Assembly: GCA_022360855.1 (NCBI GenBank)
Contig: JAKSBY010000558.1
Coordinates: 1,817 to 65,816 of the forward strand
Length of the DNA: 64,000 nt
Direction of reading: 5' to 3'
Source of the DNA: Sphingomonadales bacterium
Lineage (GTDB): Bacteria > Pseudomonadota > Alphaproteobacteria > Sphingomonadales > JAKSBY01
Position numbers and translations under genes: made by a program. The notes under the pieces are model-generated. The model did not search any database. It was not told the origin of the DNA and was given only the letters and a program-made list of their open reading frames with translations. Positions 44,713 through 52,425 of this stretch are shown piece after piece; the stretch's first letter is position 1; each line of letters opens with the position of its first letter.

Positions 44713-44897
44713 CGCGAACCGGACCCAAGGTCGCCGTCTGCGCGTGTCTTGGCCGTTTCCGGATCCGTCGGTCCGTACAACTCGGCCTCGGGGATGCCCA
44801 GCGCACCGGCGATCTGCGACAAAACGCTCTTGATAAAGACATCAGCCTTCAAGTCGCTGCGCCGGGCCATACGTGTGTAGTTTCGTATTGGGTTCAC
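44709..44897 (-). CDS. Hypothetical protein (62 aa)
   Basis: Short ORF coupled by 4-nt overlaps on both sides. Confidence 0.4.
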   Translation of the reverse strand: MNPIRNYTRMARRSDLKADVFIKSVLSQIAGALGIPEAELYGPTDPETAKTRADGDLGSGSR

Positions 44898-46873
44898 TTG
44901 TTCTGGCCTCCCACCTTGATGACCCGCACCTTTTCCAGCGCCTTATCGCCATCGGCTGACTGCGGGGTCGAGTATTGCGGCTGTGCCCATTCAGGCACCC
45001 AATCGAGCGACGGATCGTTGCTGCCGAAGCGCAGAAGCGGCACGCCCGAGTAGACCAGAAGATCCCAGGTTTCGTTGCGGGCGTGCCGGTCCTTTTCCCA
45101 GATCTCGCCGTTCTTGGTCTCGGCCCGGAGCTCGTCGACATACTCGTCGGCCAGGCCGTGCGGCAGATGGAAGTAGTTCGGCCCCGGGCTTTCGCGGCGC
45201 AGACGGTTTTCCAGCGTGTCCTTGATGCGGTTGACGTTCGGTATGAAGAGTTCGGCGTCCGGCCGGTCCTTCAATTGCCGCTTGGCGTCGATCGTCGGCG
45301 GCGGCAACAACTTGGCGTTCGGCTTATTCCCGCCCTTCACGAGGGTGAAGCACGTCACCGGCCATCCGAGGCCCACCGCGCTATGGAAAAACCCATAGGC
45401 GTTGTCGGTCACCCCGTCTTCACCGCCGGTGTCGATCGCCGTGCAGAATATCCGGCATTCGCCATCCGGATTGCCGGCGATCGGGTATTTGAGCTTCACC
45501 ACTTTTTCGAGAAGCACCCCCCAATGCTCCGGGAAGTGCGCCGGCTGGATCCGCGTCTGGCCGTCTTCCAGCGCCACGATAGCGAACCGATCGATCAGCG
45601 CGCATTCGAAGCCCTGCCCGTAGCCAAACACGCCGACCTCGAAGCTCTTGGCCTGCACGTCCACGGCCGCGACCAGGCACTTGACCCACGGCGGCACCGT
45701 CTTGATCTGGTAGTCGCTGGTCTCCACCCGCTTCTTGAGCGCATCAACGGTAACCGGCTTCTTGCCGGCGTGGCGGCTCTCGTAGTTGCATCCCACCCGC
45801 GTGTTGTAGTAGGCGCGCAGCTCGAATTCGTCGTCCGAGGTCTCGTAGGTGATCTCCGCCTCGCGGCCCTCGCGCGCCAGAACCGGCCAAGGCAAAAACC
45901 CCATTAGGCCGTCGAAGGTGAAGCCCGCGATCGGATTTGCCTCCAGAGTCCCGCTCTTGCCGCCCCGATCCGCATACTCGCCCTTGCCCACCCACCGGCC
46001 GGTCGCGCGGAGCGGCGTCTTGTGCCGCTGCTCGAATGTCGAGCCGCAATGCGGGCAAACCACGCAGGCGGTCCTTTCCGCATCGTCTGGCGAGCCCTTG
46101 GCGTCGTAGTGAAACACCTCCTCGGTCAACAGCGGAAAGGGATCGCCGCAGCTAAGGCAATCTACCCACCAAATTTCATTCGTGCCCCGGCGCACAAGCG
46201 CCTCGATTCCGCGTTTTTTGCCGCGAGCCGGCGACGAATTCACATACTTCTTATCGAATCCGATGAATGTAGTCTGTCGGCCAGCGAGGAGTTGCAGTAA
46301 GTTGCCCTGACCGCCGATGTCGAGAGGGAATTCGTCGTAGTCATCGACTCGGATGTTAGGCACCGGTCGGACGCGCATCTGCTTGCCAGTCGGCCAAATT
46401 CCGAAGAAATTGCAGCCACGGAACGCCTTCAAGTGAATAGTGTCGCGGCCCATTTGGCGGCTCTTGAGCGCCTCGCAGTTTTCGATCATCTTGTCGACTT
46501 GCGTCAAGATGTAGTCATGAACCATCAGCTTGTCGGCGGCGCAAAAGATCATGTCCGCAGGGTCATAGATGATCGTGTGCAGATGCCAGTTGTTTCCAAC
46601 CTCCGATTTTCCTGACTGCGCGCTCCCCATGACCCCTACTGTGGAATAGGGGCTATCCGGGCCGAGGCAGTCCATCGGCCGCGACAAATAGGGCGCCGTA
46701 TCGTTCTTCCATGGACCCGAATAGCCCTTTGGATTGACCAGGACCCGGTGGCGCTCGGCCGCGTCCGAGACGGAGATACGCTCCGGCACTTCGAACTCGA
46801 TGAGGGCATTGGCCACAATGGCCTGCGCCGGAACAAACCGCGGTGGCCGCGCTTCAGGCAAACTTGCGGACAT
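44894..46873 (-). CDS. Terminase large subunit, GpA family
   Basis: …GVMGSAQSGKSEVGNNW… (Walker A-like) and …CVVCPHCGSTFEQ… (zinc ribbon typical of GpA terminases). I prefer the Met at 46873. The track start is 46954. Confidence 0.9.
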   Translation of the reverse strand: MSASLPEARPPRFVPAQAIVANALIEFEVPERISVSDAAERHRVLVNPKGYSGPWKNDTAPYLSRPMDCLGPDSPYSTVGVMGSAQSGKSEVGNNWHLHTIIYDPADMIFCAADKLMVHDYILTQVDKMIENCEALKSRQMGRDTIHLKAFRGCNFFGIWPTGKQMRVRPVPNIRVDDYDEFPLDIGGQGNLLQLLAGRQTTFIGFDKKYVNSSPARGKKRGIEALVRRGTNEIWWVDCLSCGDPFPLLTEEVFHYDAKGSPDDAERTACVVCPHCGSTFEQRHKTPLRATGRWVGKGEYADRGGKSGTLEANPIAGFTFDGLMGFLPWPVLAREGREAEITYETSDDEFELRAYYNTRVGCNYESRHAGKKPVTVDALKKRVETSDYQIKTVPPWVKCLVAAVDVQAKSFEVGVFGYGQGFECALIDRFAIVALEDGQTRIQPAHFPEHWGVLLEKVVKLKYPIAGNPDGECRIFCTAIDTGGEDGVTDNAYGFFHSAVGLGWPVTCFTLVKGGNKPNAKLLPPPTIDAKRQLKDRPDAELFIPNVNRIKDTLENRLRRESPGPNYFHLPHGLADEYVDELRAETKNGEIWEKDRHARNETWDLLVYSGVPLLRFGSNDPSLDWVPEWAQPQYSTPQSADGDKALEKVRVIKVGGQNK

Positions 46874-47516
46874 CGTCCTGATCGGCGCCGAATTTAACCG
46901 CGAGCTCGGCCAAGACCGCACGAAGACTGTCCTCGAATGCCACGCGCGTTTCACGGTTGAGATCGTATTCCCGCGACAACTTGCCAGGCACCGCCATAAT
47001 CTTCTGACGCGCGGTGACGACGGCGGTGATCAACAATGGCTGGAGTTCATCGACCTTGACGAGTTCGCCCTTGGCTTCGAGCAACTGGATCTTGAGCTGC
47101 TCCGCGCGGTACTCCTCGATCCGCTGCTTACCAGTGAGCCTGAGTTCTCCCGGTTCCTTATCCTCGCCGCCGACCAATTCCATGCGAAGCTGCGCCAACT
47201 GGTCGGCGCGGGACTGCTCGCGCCGCTCGGCTTCTTCCTGCCGGCGCAGCCACCAAGCGTGGCCGGCGCGCGCCAGGATCTTGAATTTCTTGCCGTGGCT
47301 ACCACGCTCCAGGATGAACCCGCCCTCCTCTTCCTCCGGCAGGTCCTTCAGGTGGCTCCGCATGGTTTCGTCCGACACACCGCAGAGATCCGCAAACTCC
47401 GCCAGACTGACGATCAGATCGCCGTCGCGCTCCTCGATCAGCTCGTCGGCGGCCGCCCGCTCATCGCGCGCGGCCACGGACTCCTCCACGATCTCCGCGC
47501 TCTGTTGATCCATCAC
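46854..47516 (-). CDS. Terminase small subunit candidate (Nu1-like HTH)
   Basis: …LIVSLAEFADLCGVSDETMRSHLKD… (HTH) followed by a charged coiled region. Directly upstream of the large terminase. Confidence 0.6.
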   Translation of the reverse strand: MMDQQSAEIVEESVAARDERAAADELIEERDGDLIVSLAEFADLCGVSDETMRSHLKDLPEEEEGGFILERGSHGKKFKILARAGHAWWLRRQEEAERREQSRADQLAQLRMELVGGEDKEPGELRLTGKQRIEEYRAEQLKIQLLEAKGELVKVDELQPLLITAVVTARQKIMAVPGKLSREYDLNRETRVAFEDSLRAVLAELAVKFGADQDDVRKFA

Positions 47517-48022
47517 TCACCTCACTCGGCCTTTCATCGGATGCGCGGCCGGGCGTCACTCCGGCTTGCGGTTTCAGGGCTGGTCGTGGCTCAAAGCCGT
47601 TCCGACCGGTTAGTTCCATGCAGAGCCTTCAGGCTCCGCACCACCCGCGACTCTCAACCCTTGCGCTTCCACTTTCAGCGCCGCGCGCATCCGATGAACG
47701 GTCGGTTCTGTCTCTGTGGGGCCGGCGACGCGCGGCCGACGCGGGCCTTTTTTTGCTACCAACCAAAGCGCTGCCGAAAACAACCCCAATAAAAACCCCA
47801 AGTCGTCTGAAAAATCCGGAAACTCGCACGTCCCGGGGTCGCCGCCCGCTTACGTTTTTTTCCCGCCAGTGGGGACCCATCGCCAGCACTGACACAGGGA
47901 GCTCGGCCACGGAAACGACAAGAAAAATCAATGAAATCAGTGGGTTAACGAGCGCCTGGCGAACGCCTGCAGAAAACCGAGCGCCAGGTGAGCGCCTGGC
48001 GTAGAAACCCTTCATTTTCATA

Positions 48023-48051
48023 TTGACTGGCCTTGTGTCAGTGACTATATG
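48023..48051 (+). promoter_or_regulatory. Sigma70-like promoter for the plus-strand module
   Basis: TTGACT, a 17-nt spacer, then TATATG, about 40 nt upstream of the ATG at 48090. Overlapped by direct repeats TGTCAGTGA / TGACAGTGA. Confidence 0.35.
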
Positions 48052-48089
48052 ACAGTGATACAAAGACACTCGATTACGGCAAAGGACAC

Positions 48090-48512
48090 ATGATGACGAC
48101 CGATCACCCGACATGCGAAAGCCGCGTTGACGGCAGTTGGCAAAGCACCAAGCTCGACCTTGAGGCCTTGCTCAATCCGCACGAAGCCGACCCCGAACAC
48201 CTTGAGGACCTTGGCTACACCGACCCCGACGACGCCGGCCTATACGAGTATGGGCTCGGGTTCGACTACGTCGAAGCCGGGACGTTTGACGATCAACCCG
48301 AAGGGTTCTTTCGCTACCAGTTCTCTTACGGCGGGCCGAGATCAGAACTTCGCTTCTTCGTCTCCCTCGACGGCTCTCTACACCGGGCGGAGTTTTGGTT
48401 TCTGGATTGGTTCGACGGCGCATCGCTCGACCTGACCGACGATGACACAGCACGAGCCGTATTCGAAGTCTTCGACGAGCTTGGGATGATCACCATTCCT
48501 GAGGGCGAATAA
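48090..48512 (+). CDS. Strongly acidic hypothetical protein (140 aa)
   Basis: Hand count gives roughly 34 Asp+Glu against about 7 Lys+Arg. It is the first gene of the plus-strand module. Confidence 0.6.
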   Translation: MMTTDHPTCESRVDGSWQSTKLDLEALLNPHEADPEHLEDLGYTDPDDAGLYEYGLGFDYVEAGTFDDQPEGFFRYQFSYGGPRSELRFFVSLDGSLHRAEFWFLDWFDGASLDLTDDDTARAVFEVFDELGMITIPEGE

Positions 48513-48514
48513 CC

Positions 48515-49279
48515 ATGGCCCTCGCTTTGTCATCCCAGATAGCCAGGCTGATAGACCGCGGCGCGCTCTTCGTCGTCAATCACTCAGGCGGCAAGGACGG
48601 CCAAGCCATGCTTGCGATCCTCCGCCAATACATCCCAGCTGATCAGCTGCTCGTCATCCACGCCCACCTACCTGGCGTCGAATGGCCAGGCACAATCGAG
48701 CACATCCGCGCGACCACCAAAGGCCTTCCTCTGATCGTCTGCGAAGCGGTCAAGACTTTCTTCCAGATGGTTGAGCGGCGCGGCATGTTCCCGTCCCCGC
48801 AACAGCGCCAATGCACCTCCGACCTCAAGCGCGGCCCGATAGAGCGCGAAATTCGCCGCTACCTCAAAGCCAACCCGCGCTTTGGCGGGCTTGTCGTCAA
48901 CTGCATGGGCCTGCGGGCCCAAGAGAGCCCCAAGCGCGCCAAAGCCCAGGAATTCAAATTCAACGCCCGCAACTCCAAGGCCGGGCGCGAATGGTATGAC
49001 TGGCTGCCCGTCCAAGACCTGACCAAAGACCAGGTCTTCGCCGTCATCGCTGCAGCGGGCGAAAAGCCCCATTGGGCCTACGGCGCGGGCATGACCAGGT
49101 TGTCGTGTTGCTTCTGCATCATGGCGTCCCGCCAGGACCTTTGCACCGCCGCCAGGCTGCGGCCCAAGCTCTACCGGCGCTACGTCGGCCTGGAGAGTCG
49201 CATCGGCCACACCATGATGATGCCCGCCAAGGGCGAAGCCCCCAAATACCTGGAGGAAATCACCGGCATATCAGCCTAG
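48515..49279 (+). CDS. PAPS-reductase-like (adenine nucleotide alpha-hydrolase) family protein
   Basis: …FVVNHSGGKDGQAML… (SGGKDS-type PP-loop) and the C-terminal …LSCCFCIMAS… Cys pair. Confidence 0.8.
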   Translation: MALALSSQIARLIDRGALFVVNHSGGKDGQAMLAILRQYIPADQLLVIHAHLPGVEWPGTIEHIRATTKGLPLIVCEAVKTFFQMVERRGMFPSPQQRQCTSDLKRGPIEREIRRYLKANPRFGGLVVNCMGLRAQESPKRAKAQEFKFNARNSKAGREWYDWLPVQDLTKDQVFAVIAAAGEKPHWAYGAGMTRLSCCFCIMASRQDLCTAARLRPKLYRRYVGLESRIGHTMMMPAKGEAPKYLEEITGISA

Positions 49280-49351
49280 CGCCTTGGGCCGTCCTTGGCG
49301 GCCCGACACGGTGGGCTGACCACCTCAACCACGGCGAATGGAGAACGACGA

Positions 49352-49504
49352 ATGTTGAAGTTTCGCAACCCCGCCGACGTCTGGCGCTTCGAGCCCCGAC
49401 GCCTGCGCAAAATCTTTTTAAGCCGCCGCCTCTGGACCGTCATCGCCTACGGCCAGGTTTTTGGCATCCTCGGCACCCTCGCCGCCGTTGCGGCTAACTA
49501 TTGA
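49352..49504 (+). CDS. Small membrane protein (50 aa)
   Basis: MLKFRNPADVW…RLWTVIAYGQVFGILGTLAAVAANY. ATG preceded by GGAGAA. Confidence 0.35.
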   Translation: MLKFRNPADVWRFEPRRLRKIFLSRRLWTVIAYGQVFGILGTLAAVAANY

Positions 49505-49769
49505 TTAGGAGAGACAACGTGCAGCACAGAAGCAAATGGCACCAATATCATCATCTTTTACGTCTGGCTCGTCATCGATCCGATCAGCGGCGATATCTCT
49601 GGCTGGTCGATAATCAATACCGCTTTGTGCGAACTCCACAGCATGGCCCACTACGCCCATGCCCAAGACCGCCGGAGCGCGCCAATGTGACGGTATGTGC
49701 GGAGTCTAAGAGAGACGGACCGGCGCGCGGCCCTCGGGCTGCGCTCCGGCCCTTGTTCAACCACGGCAA

Positions 49770-50294
49770 ATGATCGAACGAAAGGACCTTACCATGCATT
49801 CATCGACTATCAAATACCCCGGCGGCTACAAGCCTTCGCGGCTCATCGACGGCACGCCGTATCATCGCCACTATGACGGTAGCGCGCTTGGCCGCAACGG
49901 TTGGGCTCACAACATCGGGCTCATGATCACAAACATCGGCCGATCGCCGAGCCGGCTCGGCCCGCCGCCGATCGTACTCGGCCCATGCGTCCGCATCACG
50001 CCGATTACGAGCCGCAACGTCGCACAACGCTGCCAAATCTACATCCCGCACGACCGCAAGACCCTGCGGGACATTGCCAGTTGCTTTGTCCTGGCCGCAG
50101 ACCCCGAAACCGTCGCCAAGCCCATCACCGTGATCGTCTCCGGCGGTTGCGTTCAGGGTATCCAGAACATCCCGCCAGGCATGGCCGTCGAGATACACGA
50201 CTACGACGTCGACGCCGGCGACCATCACCGCTGCGACACCGACGCCGAAGGCGGCAAGTTTCTCCGCGCCGTCCATACGGGAGACGACGAATGA
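49770..50294 (+). CDS. Hypothetical protein (174 aa)
   Basis: ORF with ordinary composition. An alternative start at 49794 is preceded by AAAGGA. Confidence 0.5.
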   Translation: MIERKDLTMHSSTIKYPGGYKPSRLIDGTPYHRHYDGSALGRNGWAHNIGLMITNIGRSPSRLGPPPIVLGPCVRITPITSRNVAQRCQIYIPHDRKTLRDIASCFVLAADPETVAKPITVIVSGGCVQGIQNIPPGMAVEIHDYDVDAGDHHRCDTDAEGGKFLRAVHTGDDE

Positions 50295-50364
50295 CCTACA
50301 CCTGCCAAGCCATCATAACCCTGGCGCGCAGAACCCTGCGCGCCGAAGAAGAGGAGGCCATCTG

Positions 50365-50565
50365 ATGGGCTACTTCATCCTCACCTACCACTGCTATCCC
50401 TGCAGCATCGATTGGGAATCCTCGTGGTCCTCAATCGTCAATGATACCTGCCCGGACTGCGGCACCGACGATATCGAACCCTACGAGGTCATTGATACCG
50501 ACGTGGATATCTACGACCTCTACGCCGACAACGGCCAAGAGCCGACGGGCGCGTTCCAGCATTAG
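50365..50565 (+). CDS. Small zinc-ribbon-like acidic protein (66 aa)
   Basis: HCYPCS…CPDCG gives two CxxC pairs. Confidence 0.45.
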   Translation: MGYFILTYHCYPCSIDWESSWSSIVNDTCPDCGTDDIEPYEVIDTDVDIYDLYADNGQEPTGAFQH

Positions 50566-50607
50566 GCCCAGAAGCAAACGCGCAAAACCCTTGAAAGGAC
50601 CACGACG

Positions 50608-50841
50608 ATGACCCAAAAGACTGGAATGGCAAAAGACCCTATGTCCCCTGACGAAATCCGCGCCGCTATCGAGCGCGCCTGGCCGGACGAGCCGCACTTC
50701 ACCGCGCGCGTGCAGGCCTGCGCGGACTACTTCCAGATCGATGTACGCAACGTCTGGCGGTGGCTTAAGGGCGAGCGCCAAACGCACGGCCCGAGCGTAC
50801 CGCTGCAGCCCCGCCACTTCCCGCGCCCGAGGAAGCGTTGA
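50608..50841 (+). CDS. Small putative DNA-binding protein (77 aa)
   Basis: …CADYFQIDVRNVWRWLKGER… resembles an HTH recognition segment. Confidence 0.4.
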   Translation: MTQKTGMAKDPMSPDEIRAAIERAWPDEPHFTARVQACADYFQIDVRNVWRWLKGERQTHGPSVPLQPRHFPRPRKR

Positions 50842-50920
50842 AAAACCACCAAACACCATATCGAATGTATCGGCGCACCGCCGACCCGGCGCCTCGCGGA
50901 CACAGGGGCAGGAGACTAAG

Positions 50921-51259
50921 ATGACTACTATAACCAGAGATCATGACGGGCACCGACTGACGCTGACCGACGAGTATCCTGCCTCTTCTCAAGGCCAGGC
51001 TGTACTGCTGGTTGACGACAACCCTACCACATACGGCCCTAGCGACTTGGTCGACGAGATTAGGGGCGGAATCTACGAGGCGATCAGCGACCTGCCGCCC
51101 GTGCCTCTCCCAGCCTACCAAATCGTCGAGCGTGCGTTGTTTTCCGTGAAGGCGAAATATCTTCTCGGCGAGGCCCCTGAATGCAATGACTGCACACTGG
51201 AGCAGCGATTTATCGACGCGGGCCGGGCGCAATACGCAGCATCAAAGACGAGCGCGTGA
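50921..51259 (+). CDS. Hypothetical protein (112 aa)
   Basis: ATG 5 nt after GGAGACT. MTTITRDHDGHRLTLTDEY…. Confidence 0.5.
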   Translation: MTTITRDHDGHRLTLTDEYPASSQGQAVLLVDDNPTTYGPSDLVDEIRGGIYEAISDLPPVPLPAYQIVERALFSVKAKYLLGEAPECNDCTLEQRFIDAGRAQYAASKTSA

Positions 51260-51425
51260 CCGCCGCCAAACCCGCGCTAACAGAGACGCAAGCGGGCCAG
51301 CCTCTTCGGCCGGCCCGCGACGCGCTCTCATCGTGAGCAACGTATCTTCTGTTTCAATCCACCGGGGCTCGATCCAGCCCCTCTCCGGCTGGATGGCGAC
51401 CCAGCCGCGACAAACGGAGAATAAC

Positions 51426-51692
51426 ATGCCGCAAATCAAAATCAACCGCGCCGCCCAACACAGCGAAACCGGCCGCTATCCGGAGACATTTAGAGCGATG
51501 CTCGGCCACGTGCCGGCCGATCTGATAGCGCGCGTAACTGGCCGCGACCTGGCCATGATCATCGACGCGCTTGCGCGCTGCGCAACGCGCTCAAAGGCAA
51601 TCGCAGAGCGGGACGCCTGCGACGAGGGCGTCATTTGGGACGCGCGGAAGCGGACGCTGCGGGAGATACGCCTATCTACATCCAGCACATAA
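51426..51692 (+). CDS. Hypothetical protein (88 aa)
   Basis: MPQIKINRAAQHSETGRYPETF…, preceded by ACGGAGA. Confidence 0.45.
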   Translation: MPQIKINRAAQHSETGRYPETFRAMLGHVPADLIARVTGRDLAMIIDALARCATRSKAIAERDACDEGVIWDARKRTLREIRLSTSST

Positions 51693-52120
51693 CCCTCAAC
51701 ACCGGCCACCTCCGCGCATCCCCGCGTTCGGAGGTGGCCGACGAGGCCCTTGCGGCCGTCGCGCCGCTGGCGGCCGCCGCGTCGGGTACAGTGCTGCCGA
51801 TCCCCGGTCCGGGCGGCTACACCCTCCGGATTGACCGCAACGACGGCGCCTATCTGGCCGTCGTCGAGGACGACGAGGCAAACCCTCTCATTACCATCGC
51901 CGTGGCCCGGCGTAACCGCAACGGCGTAGGCCTCTGGCACAGCCTGCACGTTTGGCCTGGCGAGCTGGCGACCAATGCCGCCACGCCGCCCGACGCGCCT
52001 TGGCTCGCCGCGCGTATCGAGCCGGACGGATTCGCCGACCCGGAACTCCTAATTTGGGTCGGCGATTTCGAGCGCTGTCTCGCCTGGGCGTGGCTGGAGG
52101 GTCGCGGCGCGCCGAACTAA
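51635..52120 (+). CDS. Hypothetical protein (about 150 aa), start uncertain
   Basis: TTG-initiated track ORF overlapping the previous gene. The C-terminal part is well composed (…WLAARIEPDGFADPELLIWVGDFERCLAWAWLEG…). Confidence 0.4.
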   Translation: MGRAEADAAGDTPIYIQHITLNTGHLRASPRSEVADEALAAVAPLAAAASGTVLPIPGPGGYTLRIDRNDGAYLAVVEDDEANPLITIAVARRNRNGVGLWHSLHVWPGELATNAATPPDAPWLAARIEPDGFADPELLIWVGDFERCLAWAWLEGRGAPN

Positions 52121-52425
52121 CCGGTCAGCGGCGCGACCGCCTTCACCGAAAAGCTGCGCGTGTTCGGCCCGACGCCGTCATTGACAATCCAGGCGTATTT
52201 CCACGTCCCCGCGATATCGACCTCGATCCTGCCGTGATACACGCCCGCGGAGACCCGCGTCACCTCCGAATTGGCCGGGTAGTTGTAGGTAGTCTCGCCG
52301 CCATTCGGATCGACCACCTTTAGCTGCACGGTCGCAGGGTCGGTGAGCGCATCGGCAAAATCACGGAACTCCACATGGCTCTGCCACTGGCTGGTGACTT
52401 CGACCGTGCGCAGCCGCTGCGTCAT
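52117..52425 (-). CDS. Small beta-sandwich-like protein downstream of the fibre-like gene
   Basis: 102 aa, …VQLKVVDPNGGETTYNYPANSEVTRVSAGVYHGRIEVDIAGTWKYAWIV…. Its stop overlaps the convergent plus-strand stop. Confidence 0.5.
   Translation of the reverse strand: MTQRLRTVEVTSQWQSHVEFRDFADALTDPATVQLKVVDPNGGETTYNYPANSEVTRVSAGVYHGRIEVDIAGTWKYAWIVNDGVGPNTRSFSVKAVAPLTG

Noticed and set aside
47629-48114. 161-aa minus-strand ORF in the large prophage intergenic region.
   Set aside because: Arg/Ser-rich composition and no start context. It spans T-tracts and repeat elements that are more plausibly regulatory or cos sequences.
49501-49773. 90-aa TTG-initiated ORF in the plus-strand module. An alternative frame with a hydrophobic stretch (…NIIIFYVWLVIDPISGDISGW…) was also considered.
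   Set aside because: The track ORF is extremely basic and looks non-coding. The more protein-like alternative frame has no ATG, GTG or TTG start after its upstream stop. The stretch is left unannotated.
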